Below are positions 1 to 8,182 of a DNA stretch of 64,000 nt, piece after piece. The stretch is from NCBI GenBank assembly GCA_012514235.1, contig JAAZAR010000035.1:6997-70996 (forward strand), read 5' to 3'. The position numbers and the translations under genes were made by a program. How positions within the stretch are numbered: the stretch's first letter is position 1; every line of letters begins with the position of its first letter. The notes beneath the pieces were generated by a model. That model made no database searches, was not told the DNA's origin, and saw only the letters and a list, made by a program, of their open reading frames with translations. This DNA comes from Actinomycetota bacterium (GTDB lineage Bacteria; Actinomycetota; Thermoleophilia; UBA2241).

Positions 1-330
1 GAGCAGACGGAAGTCGGCGCCGAGGGCGTTCACGATGGCGGAGCGGTGCATGACGTACTCGTAGGGTACGTCCGAGTAGGCGAAGACGACCTGCTCCACG
101 CCGTGCTCCCTGACGAGATCGGGCATCTCGGACTCGTCACGGATCGGGATGCCGTCCGGGTACAGCTTCCCGGCGAGCTCGGCCGGGTACTTGCGGTCGT
201 CGATGTACGGGATCTGCGTGGCGGTGAAGGCCACGACCTCGTACTCCTCCCTGTCCCGGAAGTACGTGTTGAAGTTGTGGAAGTCGCGCCCGGCGGCTCC
301 CATGATCAGGACTCTGGTCTTCTCAGCCAT
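1..330 (-). CDS. DUF1611-family protein (DgcN-like Rossmann N-terminal domain), 5' portion only; gene continues beyond window start
   Basis: Minus-strand translation from ATG at 330-328 reads MAEKTRVLIMGAAGRDFHNFNTYFRDREEYEVVAFTATQIPYIDDRKYP..., a DUF1611-type N-terminus. Not in the ORF track because it runs off the window edge. Confidence 0.45.
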   Translation of the reverse strand, partial: MAEKTRVLIMGAAGRDFHNFNTYFRDREEYEVVAFTATQIPYIDDRKYPAELAGKLYPDGIPIRDESEMPDLVREHGVEQVVFAYSDVPYEYVMHRSAIVNALGADFRLL

Positions 331-375
331 GCTCACTCCTGTGCTTGCAGGTCCCTCCGCGCCACGATCCTTGTG

Positions 376-1446
376 TCAGGCCGGCGGAGTGAACACCTTG
401 GTGACGTAGGGCGACGTGAACAGCTGCAGCGTCGCCGCGTAGGTAGGGACGAAGGTGATGCAGTCGCCCAGCGCCGGGGGCCGGTCGAGCGCCTCGACGT
501 CCAGGATGAGGTGGTCGCTGGAGGCGCCGAGGACCTCGACGCGCGGGTCGACGGGCACGAGACCATCCGGCGGCGCGTCCTGGCGCCCGAGGGCGCAGAT
601 CGCGCGCCGCCGCGCGCCGCGGTCAGTGAACAGGGGGCGGTTGCCGAACGCGTCCTGTGCGACGGTGCCCTGCGGCAGCGACGGCTTCACGAGGCACTCG
701 ACCACCGGCGCCTCGACGATGAAGGCGTCGAGGTGCAGCCCCAGCGTGGGCTCCCGGGTGAGGGTGTCGACGCCGAGGAGGATCGTCTCGCCGATGCGCA
801 GCGAGTCGACGGCCGCCGGCATGCGACCGGAGGTGACCATGCCGATGGAGCCGGAGTTGCCGCCGGAGACGAGGAGCGGCCGGCCGAGCCGTCGTTCGCT
901 TCGCTCGGCGAGCTCGGCCAGCCGCCCCAGGTTGTCCTCGTCGGGCATGATCGCCCCATAGCACGTGAGGTTGACGCCGATGCCGGCGATGTCGATGTGG
1001 CTCATGCGGTCGACGCGGTCAAGGAACGCGGGCAGGTCGGCGGGAAGCATGCCCTCCCGTAGATCGCCGAGGTCGACCATGGCGACCACGGCATGCCGCC
1101 GCCCCGCCGCTGCGGCGGCGTTCTCGAGCGCGACCACCGTCTCGAGCTCGCTCTCCAGCGAGACGTCGGTGAGCTGCACGACCTCGCCGGCCAGCTCGGG
1201 GACCGGTGCCCGCAGGAGCCAGATGGGCGCCGTCAGGCCGGCGTCCCTGAGGCGCTCGGCGTTCTCGAGCCTCGACTCGCCGAGCGCCTTCGCCCCGCCG
1301 GCGAGCATGGTGCGGGCCACCTGCGGCGACCCGCAGGTCACTTTTGTCACGCCGACGACGGAGATGCCCGGAAGGGCGTCCACGACGGTCCGCGCGTTCG
1401 CGCGCACCTTCCCGAGATCGACGGTGACGGTGGCTCTCGCCGGCAT
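376..1446 (-). CDS. PLP-dependent amino-acid racemase, alanine-racemase fold; best fit is ornithine racemase of the ornithine oxidative degradation pathway
   Basis: ORF 376..1512; start reassigned to the internal ATG at 1446 (MPARATVTVDLGKVRANARTVVD...), which is preceded by a GGGGAGGG ribosome-binding site. The sequence resembles the alanine racemase N-terminal domain family (YhfX/Orr-like). The same strand carries ord/ortAB/oraSE further up. Confidence 0.6.
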   Translation of the reverse strand: MPARATVTVDLGKVRANARTVVDALPGISVVGVTKVTCGSPQVARTMLAGGAKALGESRLENAERLRDAGLTAPIWLLRAPVPELAGEVVQLTDVSLESELETVVALENAAAAAGRRHAVVAMVDLGDLREGMLPADLPAFLDRVDRMSHIDIAGIGVNLTCYGAIMPDEDNLGRLAELAERSERRLGRPLLVSGGNSGSIGMVTSGRMPAAVDSLRIGETILLGVDTLTREPTLGLHLDAFIVEAPVVECLVKPSLPQGTVAQDAFGNRPLFTDRGARRRAICALGRQDAPPDGLVPVDPRVEVLGASSDHLILDVEALDRPPALGDCITFVPTYAATLQLFTSPYVTKVFTPPA

Positions 1447-1555
1447 GACCCTCCCCTTGCATAAGATGTATGCACGAGAGTATCTTCCCGATGCCGTCAG
1501 GTGCAAGCCCACGACCGGCGTTGGCCGCCGTTCCGCGCGGGCGGCGGTGGCGCAA

Positions 1556-2341
1556 CTACCGCTGGCAGCTCGGACACCAGTACGTGGTGCGGTTGTCGTC
1601 CCCCTGGCCCCGAGCGGCGATCAGCACAGCGGGACCGCACCGCGGGCACGGAAGACCCGCACGGCCGTAGATCACGCGGAACTCGCTCTGGCGCCCGTGG
1701 CGCGCCGACTCCTGCATCAGCGGACGAAGGGCGCGCACGACCGCGAGCGCCTCTTCGTCGGAGACCTGGGAGAGACGGCGCCACGGGTCGATGCCGGCGA
1801 GCCAGCAGCCCTCGGACTTCCAGAAGTTGCCGATGCCGGCCACGATGTGCTGGTCCAGCAGCGCGTCCCCGAGGCCGCGCGTCTGGTCGTCCTCCCGCAG
1901 GCGAGTCAGGAACCTCGCTTCGTCGAACGGGCGCCCTGCGACGATGTCCGGTCCGAGCCGCGTGAGGCGTGGATCGCTACGGATCCGCGTCGCCGTCAGC
2001 AGGTCGAGCACGGGACCGTTGAACTGGAGCACCTCGTACTCGGCGCGGCGGAGCACGAGCCAGGCCGCCCTGGGCGAGCGCGGCCACCGTTCCCCCGCGC
2101 GGCCCACATGCCAGGACCCGCTCATCCGCAGGTGAGAGTGGATGACGAGCCCGCCGTCGAAGCGGATGAGGAGGTGCTTGCCGACGGCCTCGACCGCATC
2201 GACCCGGCGCCCGCCCAGTCGCTCCGGCCAGCGGGCGCGTCCGAAGCGCGGGTGGGGCGTCTCGATCGCCGAGGGCACGTGACCGGTGAGGGCCGCACCC
2301 ACGCGGAGCGCGGCGTGATGGAGCGTGTCGCCCTCAGGCAT
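1556..2341 (-). CDS. nei: Fpg/Nei-family DNA glycosylase (endonuclease VIII-like)
   Basis: Internal start MPEGDTLHHAA is the canonical Fpg/Nei N-terminus (catalytic Pro2/Glu3). The C-terminal zinc finger reads CPRCG...YWCPSCQ. The ATG at 2341 overlaps the lhr stop by 8 nt. Confidence 0.75.
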   Translation of the reverse strand: MPEGDTLHHAALRVGAALTGHVPSAIETPHPRFGRARWPERLGGRRVDAVEAVGKHLLIRFDGGLVIHSHLRMSGSWHVGRAGERWPRSPRAAWLVLRRAEYEVLQFNGPVLDLLTATRIRSDPRLTRLGPDIVAGRPFDEARFLTRLREDDQTRGLGDALLDQHIVAGIGNFWKSEGCWLAGIDPWRRLSQVSDEEALAVVRALRPLMQESARHGRQSEFRVIYGRAGLPCPRCGPAVLIAARGQGDDNRTTYWCPSCQR

Positions 2342-5300
2342 CGCCGGGCGCGAGGGAGAAGTCGTGCAGGCCGCGCCGGAAGCCGAGTGCGATGAGCCGC
2401 TCGGCGAGCGGGCTTGCGACGGCAGGCTCGCCGTCGATCGTGTCGACCACCAGACGGCGGAGGCGGCCGCCACGCACCTCGGCCGCGAGCGCCTCGAGGG
2501 CCGGCTGCACGTCGTCAGGCCGGCCCAGCACTCGCAGCGACCTGCCGCCGGCGTGCACCGAGAGCGCCGGGCGGCCGCCGACGGTGACGAGCTGCGCGCC
2601 CGCGCGGCGGGACGGCGGACGCGAGTCCCCGTCAGGCCAGCGCAGGCCGGCGCCGTACAGCTGAGCCGGATCGGCGGCGGCGATCACGAGCGCCTGCTCC
2701 GGAGCGTCCTCGAGCGCGCGCAGCCGCTCGACGGCTCCCGGCAGCGCGAACTGGGCGCCGCCCAGACCCTCGACGAAGTAGCCGCGGCGGGCCACGCCCA
2801 GCGTCTCCAGCGCCGAGAGCGCCGGATACAGCGCCGAGAAGCCGCCCGGGTACCCCTCGGCGCGCACCAGCTCGCGCGTCAGGACCCCGTGACGCTCGAG
2901 CAGCAGCTCGGCCCAGGCGCGGCGCCGCGCCTCGGGATCGGCGGGCACGGCGGGGAAGATCTCCGAGGCCAGCGACCACCGGCCCTGGAGCGGCGGCGTG
3001 CCACGGGAGCGCCGGCGGAACCTGGCGGACGCGGCGCGCCGACTGGGTGAAGGAGCCGCCGCCTTGGTCCCGCGCGACCGCAGCGGCGCGAAGGCGTCGT
3101 TGGTCACCTCGCCCGCCCAGGCGAGGTCCCACAGCGCCTCGCGGAGCTCCTCCGGGCTGTGACCGGAGAACTCCACGAGGAGGTCCGAGAAGAAGCACGC
3201 CCCGCGCTGGAGCCGCTCCCGCAGGCGATCGTGCAACTCACCCCGTGGCGCCTCGCCGAGGGCGGGCGGCGGACCGAGGAGCGGCGCGTCCTCGCGGAAG
3301 TAGAGCGCGACGCGGCCGGTGCGGGTGCCGAGCGGCCCCGCGCCGACCCACACGACCTCGCCGCCGGCGCACAGTTCGTCGAGCCAGTATGGCGAGTACG
3401 TGCCCAGCCGGCGCGGCAGCACGTCCTTCTCCCACACCTCCGGCGCCAGCGGCAGCCCCTGCAGCGGCGCGAGCACGTCGCGCAGCCTGTCGACCCCGGC
3501 GCCTGCCGCCGCGAACCGGTCCACACCCTGCCAGGCCGGGGCGAAGCGCGCCAGCGTCTGCTGGGCGACAGGTTCGATCTCCTTGCGCAGGACCGCCAGC
3601 GACGCCCGCCGGAGGCGGCGCAGCACGTCCGAGTCACACCATTCGCGTCGCGTCCCGAGCGGGCGAAGCTCGCCCCGCACGAGTCCACCGGCTCGTTCGA
3701 GCTCGGCGAGAGCCGGCCCGGGATCGACGCCGTACCGCGCGTGCACCTCGCCAGCCTCGAACGGACCGTGGGAACGCGCGTACCGGCGCAGCAGGCCGAG
3801 CGTCGCATCCGGCACGTCCTCCAGGAAGGCGTCGGGGAGGCCGCCGGGCGGCACGACGCCCAGGGCGTCGCGGTACAGTCCGGCATCCTCGGCGGCGATC
3901 CAGCGCTCCTCGCCGCCGAGGCGGACGCGCACCGCGCGGCGTTCGTCTTCGAGCCGTTCCAGCCAGGCGCCCGCGTCCCGCGACGGCTCGGCACGCTCCG
4001 CCGCCTCCCCCGCCGTGAGGTCGCCGACGCGACGCAGCACGTCGTGCAGCGCGTCGGCGTCCCGGGCTCTCAGGTGGTCCGAACGGTACTGGAGGTCGTC
4101 CTCCACCTGTTCCAGCGCCGCAGGGTCGATGAGGTCGCGCAGCTCCTCCTGCCCGAGCAGCTCGCGCAGCAACTCGCGGTCCAGCGAGAGGGCGACAGCG
4201 CGCCGCTCCGCGGCCGGCGTGTCGCCCTCGTACATGTAGGCGGCGACATAGTCGAACAGCAGTGAGGACGCGAACGGTGAAGCCGTCTGGGTCTCGACCT
4301 CGATCAGGGAGATCTCGCGGGTGCTCACCCTGCGCAGCACCTCCTGCAGGCCGGGGACGTCGAGTACGTCACGCAGGCACTCGCGGTACGTCTCGAGGAC
4401 CACCGGGAACTGCGGGTACCGCCTGGCGACCTCGAGCAGGGACTGCGCCTTCAGGCGCTGCTGCCAGAGCGGCGTGCGACGCCCGGGGTAGGCGCGCGGG
4501 ATGAGCAGCGAGCGCGCGGCGTTCTCGCGGAACCGCGCCCCGAACAGCGCGCTCGAGCCCAGCTCGGCGACGACGAGATCCTCGGCCTCGTCCGGCTCGA
4601 CCAGGACGAGCTCCGCGCCCGGCGGCTCGTCCGCGTCCGGCAGGTGCACGATGATGCCGTCGTCCGACCAGATGGCGTCCGCCTCGAGCCCGAAGGCGAC
4701 GCGGATGCGCGCCGAGAGGGCGAGCGCCCACGCAGCATGCACACGCCCGCCGTACGGCGACAGGACGCACAACCGCCAGTCGCCGATCTCGTCGCGGAAG
4801 CGTTCGGCGACGAGCGTCCTGTCTGACGGCACGACGCCGGTGGCCGCCTCCTGCTCGCGCAGGAACGCGAGCAGGTTGGAGGCGGCCCGCTCGTCCAGGT
4901 CGTACTCGGCCGCCAGCTGCTGTTCGTCGCGCCGCACCGCCTCGCGCGCGAACGCGCCGATGGCCTCGCCGAGCTCGCGCGGACGCCCGACGCTGTCGCC
5001 GTGCCAGAACGGCACGGCGCCCGGCACGCCGGGCGCCGGCGTGACCACCACGCGGTCGCGCGTGATCTGCTCGATGCGCCAGCTGGTGGCCCCCAGCAGG
5101 AACGTCTGTCCCGCCCGCGCCTCGTACACCATCTCCTCGTCGAGCTCGCCGACCCGGCGGCCGTCCGGCAGGTTGACGGTGAAGAGGCCGCGGTCCGGGA
5201 TGGTGCCCGCGTTCGCGACCGCGAGGGATCGTGCACCCTGCCGCGCCCGCACCGTCCCGGCGAGCCGGTCCCACACGATGCGCGGCCGCAGCTCGGCGAA

Positions 5301-6752
5301 CTCCGCCGACGGATAGCGGCCGTCCAGCATGTCGAGCACGTTGTCGAGCTGCCGGCGCTCCAGCTCGGCGTACGTCCAGGTGCGCCGCACGAGGGCGTGG
5401 AGCTCGTCGACCGCCACGCCCTCCTCCCCGGCGCTCGCCGCGACGGCGACCACCTGTTGCGCCAGCACGTCGAGCGGGTTGCGCGGTACGACCGTGGTCT
5501 CGATGAGCCCCTCGCGCATGCGCCGCGCCACGACGGCGCACTCCAGCAGGTCCGCACGGAACTTGGGGAAGATCCGTCCGCGCGAGACCTCGCCCACGCC
5601 GTGCCCGGCGCGGCCGATCCGCTGCAGCCCTCGCGTGACCGACTTCGGAGACTCGACCTGGATGACGAGGTCGACGGCTCCCATGTCGATGCCGAGCTCG
5701 AGCGACGACGTCGCGACCAGGCACGGCAGCCGCCCGGACTTGAGCTGGTCCTCGATCACGACGCGCTCCTCGCGCGCGAGCGACCCGTGATGGGCACGGG
5801 CGATCTCGCGCGCGCTCTCCCCCGCCGCCTCCGACTCCTGGGCGGCGAGGTCGTTGAGCCGCAGGGCGATGCGCTCCGCCGCCCGGCGGTTGTTGACGAA
5901 CACGAGCGTGGAGCGGTGCTCGCGCACGAGGCGCAGCAGCTCCGGGTAGATGGCCGGCCAGATGCTGCGCCGCGTGGCCTCCCCGCCGCCCGGCAGATGG
6001 TCGAGCTCGACCGTGACGTCCGGCTCGACCATCGACTCGACCGGGACGTGGATGCGCAGGTCGAGCGGCTTGCGCACCCCTGCGTCGACGACGGTGCAGG
6101 TCCGGGACGGGCCGACCAGGTACCGAGCGACCTCGTCGAGCGGACGCTGCGTGGCGGAGAGCCCGATGCGCTGCACGTCGCGGCCCGCCTGCTCGACCAG
6201 CCGCTCGAGGGTCACCGCCAGGTGCGCCCCGCGCTTGGTCTGCGCCACGGCGTGGATCTCGTCGACGATGACCCACTGCGTGGCGGTGAAGAGTCTGCGC
6301 GCCTGCGAGGTGAGCATGAGATACAGCGACTCGGGGGTCGTGATGAGGATGTCGGGCGGCGTGCGCAGCATGGCCGCTCTCTCCTTCTGCGGCGTGTCGC
6401 CGGTCCGCACCGCGACGTGCACGTCGGCTCCGATGCCGCGCAGCGGCGCACGAAGGTTGCGTTCCACGTCGTAGCCGAGCGCCTTGAGCGGCGAGACGTA
6501 GACGAGGCGGAGCGTGCGCTCCCTCGGGTCCGCCGGTGGAGGGTCGGCGACGAACCGGTCGAGCGCCCACAGGAAGGCGGCGAGGGTCTTGCCGGAGCCT
6601 GTGGGCGCCGAGACGAGTGCGTGCTCGCCCCGGGAGATGGCGGGCCACGCCTGCACCTGCGCCGGCGTGGGCTCGGCGAACGCCCGCTCGAACCAGTCGC
6701 GCACGCGGGGCGTGAACGGCGCGAGCGCGGGATGGATGTGCTGTGCTGTCAT
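2334..6752 (-). CDS. lhr: Lhr-type ATP-dependent DNA helicase (large helicase-related protein)
   Basis: The 1484-aa ORF has a DEAD/DEAH helicase core (SAPTGSGKTLAAF, DEIH) and a long C-terminal extension; its size and architecture match Lhr. The mycobacterial lhr-nei2 operon arrangement is reproduced here. Confidence 0.8.
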   Translation of the reverse strand: MTAQHIHPALAPFTPRVRDWFERAFAEPTPAQVQAWPAISRGEHALVSAPTGSGKTLAAFLWALDRFVADPPPADPRERTLRLVYVSPLKALGYDVERNLRAPLRGIGADVHVAVRTGDTPQKERAAMLRTPPDILITTPESLYLMLTSQARRLFTATQWVIVDEIHAVAQTKRGAHLAVTLERLVEQAGRDVQRIGLSATQRPLDEVARYLVGPSRTCTVVDAGVRKPLDLRIHVPVESMVEPDVTVELDHLPGGGEATRRSIWPAIYPELLRLVREHRSTLVFVNNRRAAERIALRLNDLAAQESEAAGESAREIARAHHGSLAREERVVIEDQLKSGRLPCLVATSSLELGIDMGAVDLVIQVESPKSVTRGLQRIGRAGHGVGEVSRGRIFPKFRADLLECAVVARRMREGLIETTVVPRNPLDVLAQQVVAVAASAGEEGVAVDELHALVRRTWTYAELERRQLDNVLDMLDGRYPSAEFAELRPRIVWDRLAGTVRARQGARSLAVANAGTIPDRGLFTVNLPDGRRVGELDEEMVYEARAGQTFLLGATSWRIEQITRDRVVVTPAPGVPGAVPFWHGDSVGRPRELGEAIGAFAREAVRRDEQQLAAEYDLDERAASNLLAFLREQEAATGVVPSDRTLVAERFRDEIGDWRLCVLSPYGGRVHAAWALALSARIRVAFGLEADAIWSDDGIIVHLPDADEPPGAELVLVEPDEAEDLVVAELGSSALFGARFRENAARSLLIPRAYPGRRTPLWQQRLKAQSLLEVARRYPQFPVVLETYRECLRDVLDVPGLQEVLRRVSTREISLIEVETQTASPFASSLLFDYVAAYMYEGDTPAAERRAVALSLDRELLRELLGQEELRDLIDPAALEQVEDDLQYRSDHLRARDADALHDVLRRVGDLTAGEAAERAEPSRDAGAWLERLEDERRAVRVRLGGEERWIAAEDAGLYRDALGVVPPGGLPDAFLEDVPDATLGLLRRYARSHGPFEAGEVHARYGVDPGPALAELERAGGLVRGELRPLGTRREWCDSDVLRRLRRASLAVLRKEIEPVAQQTLARFAPAWQGVDRFAAAGAGVDRLRDVLAPLQGLPLAPEVWEKDVLPRRLGTYSPYWLDELCAGGEVVWVGAGPLGTRTGRVALYFREDAPLLGPPPALGEAPRGELHDRLRERLQRGACFFSDLLVEFSGHSPEELREALWDLAWAGEVTNDAFAPLRSRGTKAAAPSPSRRAASARFRRRSRGTPPLQGRWSLASEIFPAVPADPEARRRAWAELLLERHGVLTRELVRAEGYPGGFSALYPALSALETLGVARRGYFVEGLGGAQFALPGAVERLRALEDAPEQALVIAAADPAQLYGAGLRWPDGDSRPPSRRAGAQLVTVGGRPALSVHAGGRSLRVLGRPDDVQPALEALAAEVRGGRLRRLVVDTIDGEPAVASPLAERLIALGFRRGLHDFSLAPGDA

Positions 6753-6831
6753 CTGCTGTGTGATGCCCTCGAGGCAGCCTAGCATCACACGGCGCCGGGA
6801 CGGATGCGGCGCAGGCCGAACCGGACCGAGT

Positions 6832-8181
6832 TCAGACGCCTATGCTGGCGCGCGCGATGGCGGTCACGGCCTCCGGCGCGAAGTGCTGCAGGAGGGCGCC
6901 GCAACAGGCGAAGACGTAGTCGCGATCGAGGGCGATGCGCGCGTCCGGCGGCGGCAGCAGGCGTTCTCCGCCGCCGCCCCGCGCGCGCACGTCGGCCAGC
7001 AGGGCCTCACCGCCGGGCAGGCGCGTGAGGGCGCCGCCGGTGCCGATCACCAGCCGGCAGGCGGTCAGGTCGCGCCCGCGGGCGACCGTCTGCCGGCCCG
7101 TCGGCGTGTAGAGGTGCGCCAGCTGTCCGGCGTGCCGCTGCACGCCGGTCGTGGCAGCGAAGTGCGTCAGCGTCAGCGCCGCCGCGACCTCTTCCTGCGT
7201 CCGCGGGAGCGCCGGAGGGAGATGCACGGGACGGTCCTGGGCGGCGAGCATCTCCACGACGTGGGGCGCGCTCACGTACGTCCCGAGGTCGCCCTCCACG
7301 GTCCGCTTGCTGTGCGGCTGCGGCTCGATCATGAGGGCCGCCATCTCGGGGCTGCCGTCGGTGATGGAATGCACGTCGGTCGTCGCCCCCCCGACGTCGA
7401 CGACGACGAGGTCGCCGAGGTCCTCCGCCAGCCGCTCGGCGGCGATGAGCACGGCGCCCGGCGTCGGGAGGATCCTGCCGCTCACCAGCTCTCCGATGCG
7501 CTCCATCCCCGGGGCGTGCGTGATGTGCTCCTCGAACGCGTCGTGGATGACGTGGCGGGCGGGGACGATGTCGAGCTCGTCGACCGCCGGATACACGTTG
7601 CTGGTGAGCTTGACGCGGAAGCCGGCGGCCTCGAGCAGCTCCTGCGCGTCGCTGCACACCACGCTGTTGCCGGCATAGACCACGATCGGCCGGTCCTCGA
7701 GCTTCGCGAGCTCCGCGGCGTTGGCGAGCACGGTGTCGCAGTCGCCGCCCTCCACCCCCCCGGCGAGCAGGATGAGGTTGGGATGGACCGCCTCGATCTC
7801 GCGCAGGTCGTGTGCTCGCAGGCGGCCGGCGGTCTGGTACTTGACGACCGCGCCGGCCCCCAGCGCGGCCTCGCGCGCCGCCATGGCCGTCATGCGCTGG
7901 GTGAGGCCGTGGACGGTCATCCGCAGGCCGCCCGCGGCGGAGCTGGTCGCCAGCGTGAGCTCCGGCTCCACCGAAGCGCCAAGCGCCGCCTCCAGCTCCG
8001 CCCGGGCGGCGCTCACCCCGATGGTGACGTCGCCGTCGGCGATCGACGTGGCGGCGACGCCCTGCCCGACGAGGGAGGGAGTCGCCGCCGGATACTCGCG
8101 CAGCCCGGCGAACGCCGAGACCACGGTGGTCGTCGAGCCGATCTCGGCGACGAGCGCATCGACTGGCCGCGGCGCGTCCAT
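6832..8181 (-). CDS. MutL/GlmL-like B12-mutase reactivating/chaperone component (OraL-like)
   Basis: 449-aa protein with the glutamate-mutase MutL-family look (GSTTTVVSAF... ATTDVHS). It sits immediately downstream of oraE, abutting it with a 1-nt gap. Confidence 0.6.
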   Translation of the reverse strand: MDAPRPVDALVAEIGSTTTVVSAFAGLREYPAATPSLVGQGVAATSIADGDVTIGVSAARAELEAALGASVEPELTLATSSAAGGLRMTVHGLTQRMTAMAAREAALGAGAVVKYQTAGRLRAHDLREIEAVHPNLILLAGGVEGGDCDTVLANAAELAKLEDRPIVVYAGNSVVCSDAQELLEAAGFRVKLTSNVYPAVDELDIVPARHVIHDAFEEHITHAPGMERIGELVSGRILPTPGAVLIAAERLAEDLGDLVVVDVGGATTDVHSITDGSPEMAALMIEPQPHSKRTVEGDLGTYVSAPHVVEMLAAQDRPVHLPPALPRTQEEVAAALTLTHFAATTGVQRHAGQLAHLYTPTGRQTVARGRDLTACRLVIGTGGALTRLPGGEALLADVRARGGGGERLLPPPDARIALDRDYVFACCGALLQHFAPEAVTAIARASIGV

Positions 8182-8182
8182 C

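Noticed and set aside
46-1062. 338-aa plus-strand ORF at the window start
   Set aside because: It is antisense to the racemase and DUF1611 genes, has extreme Arg/Gly/Asp composition and matches no family. It is a typical high-GC antisense artefact.
3047-4265. Several 300-370-aa ORFs (3047..4018, 3104..3994, 3159..4265, 3319..4239) inside lhr
   Set aside because: All overlap the well-supported Lhr frame. Their translations are Arg/Pro/Ser/Ala low-complexity text with no recognisable domain.
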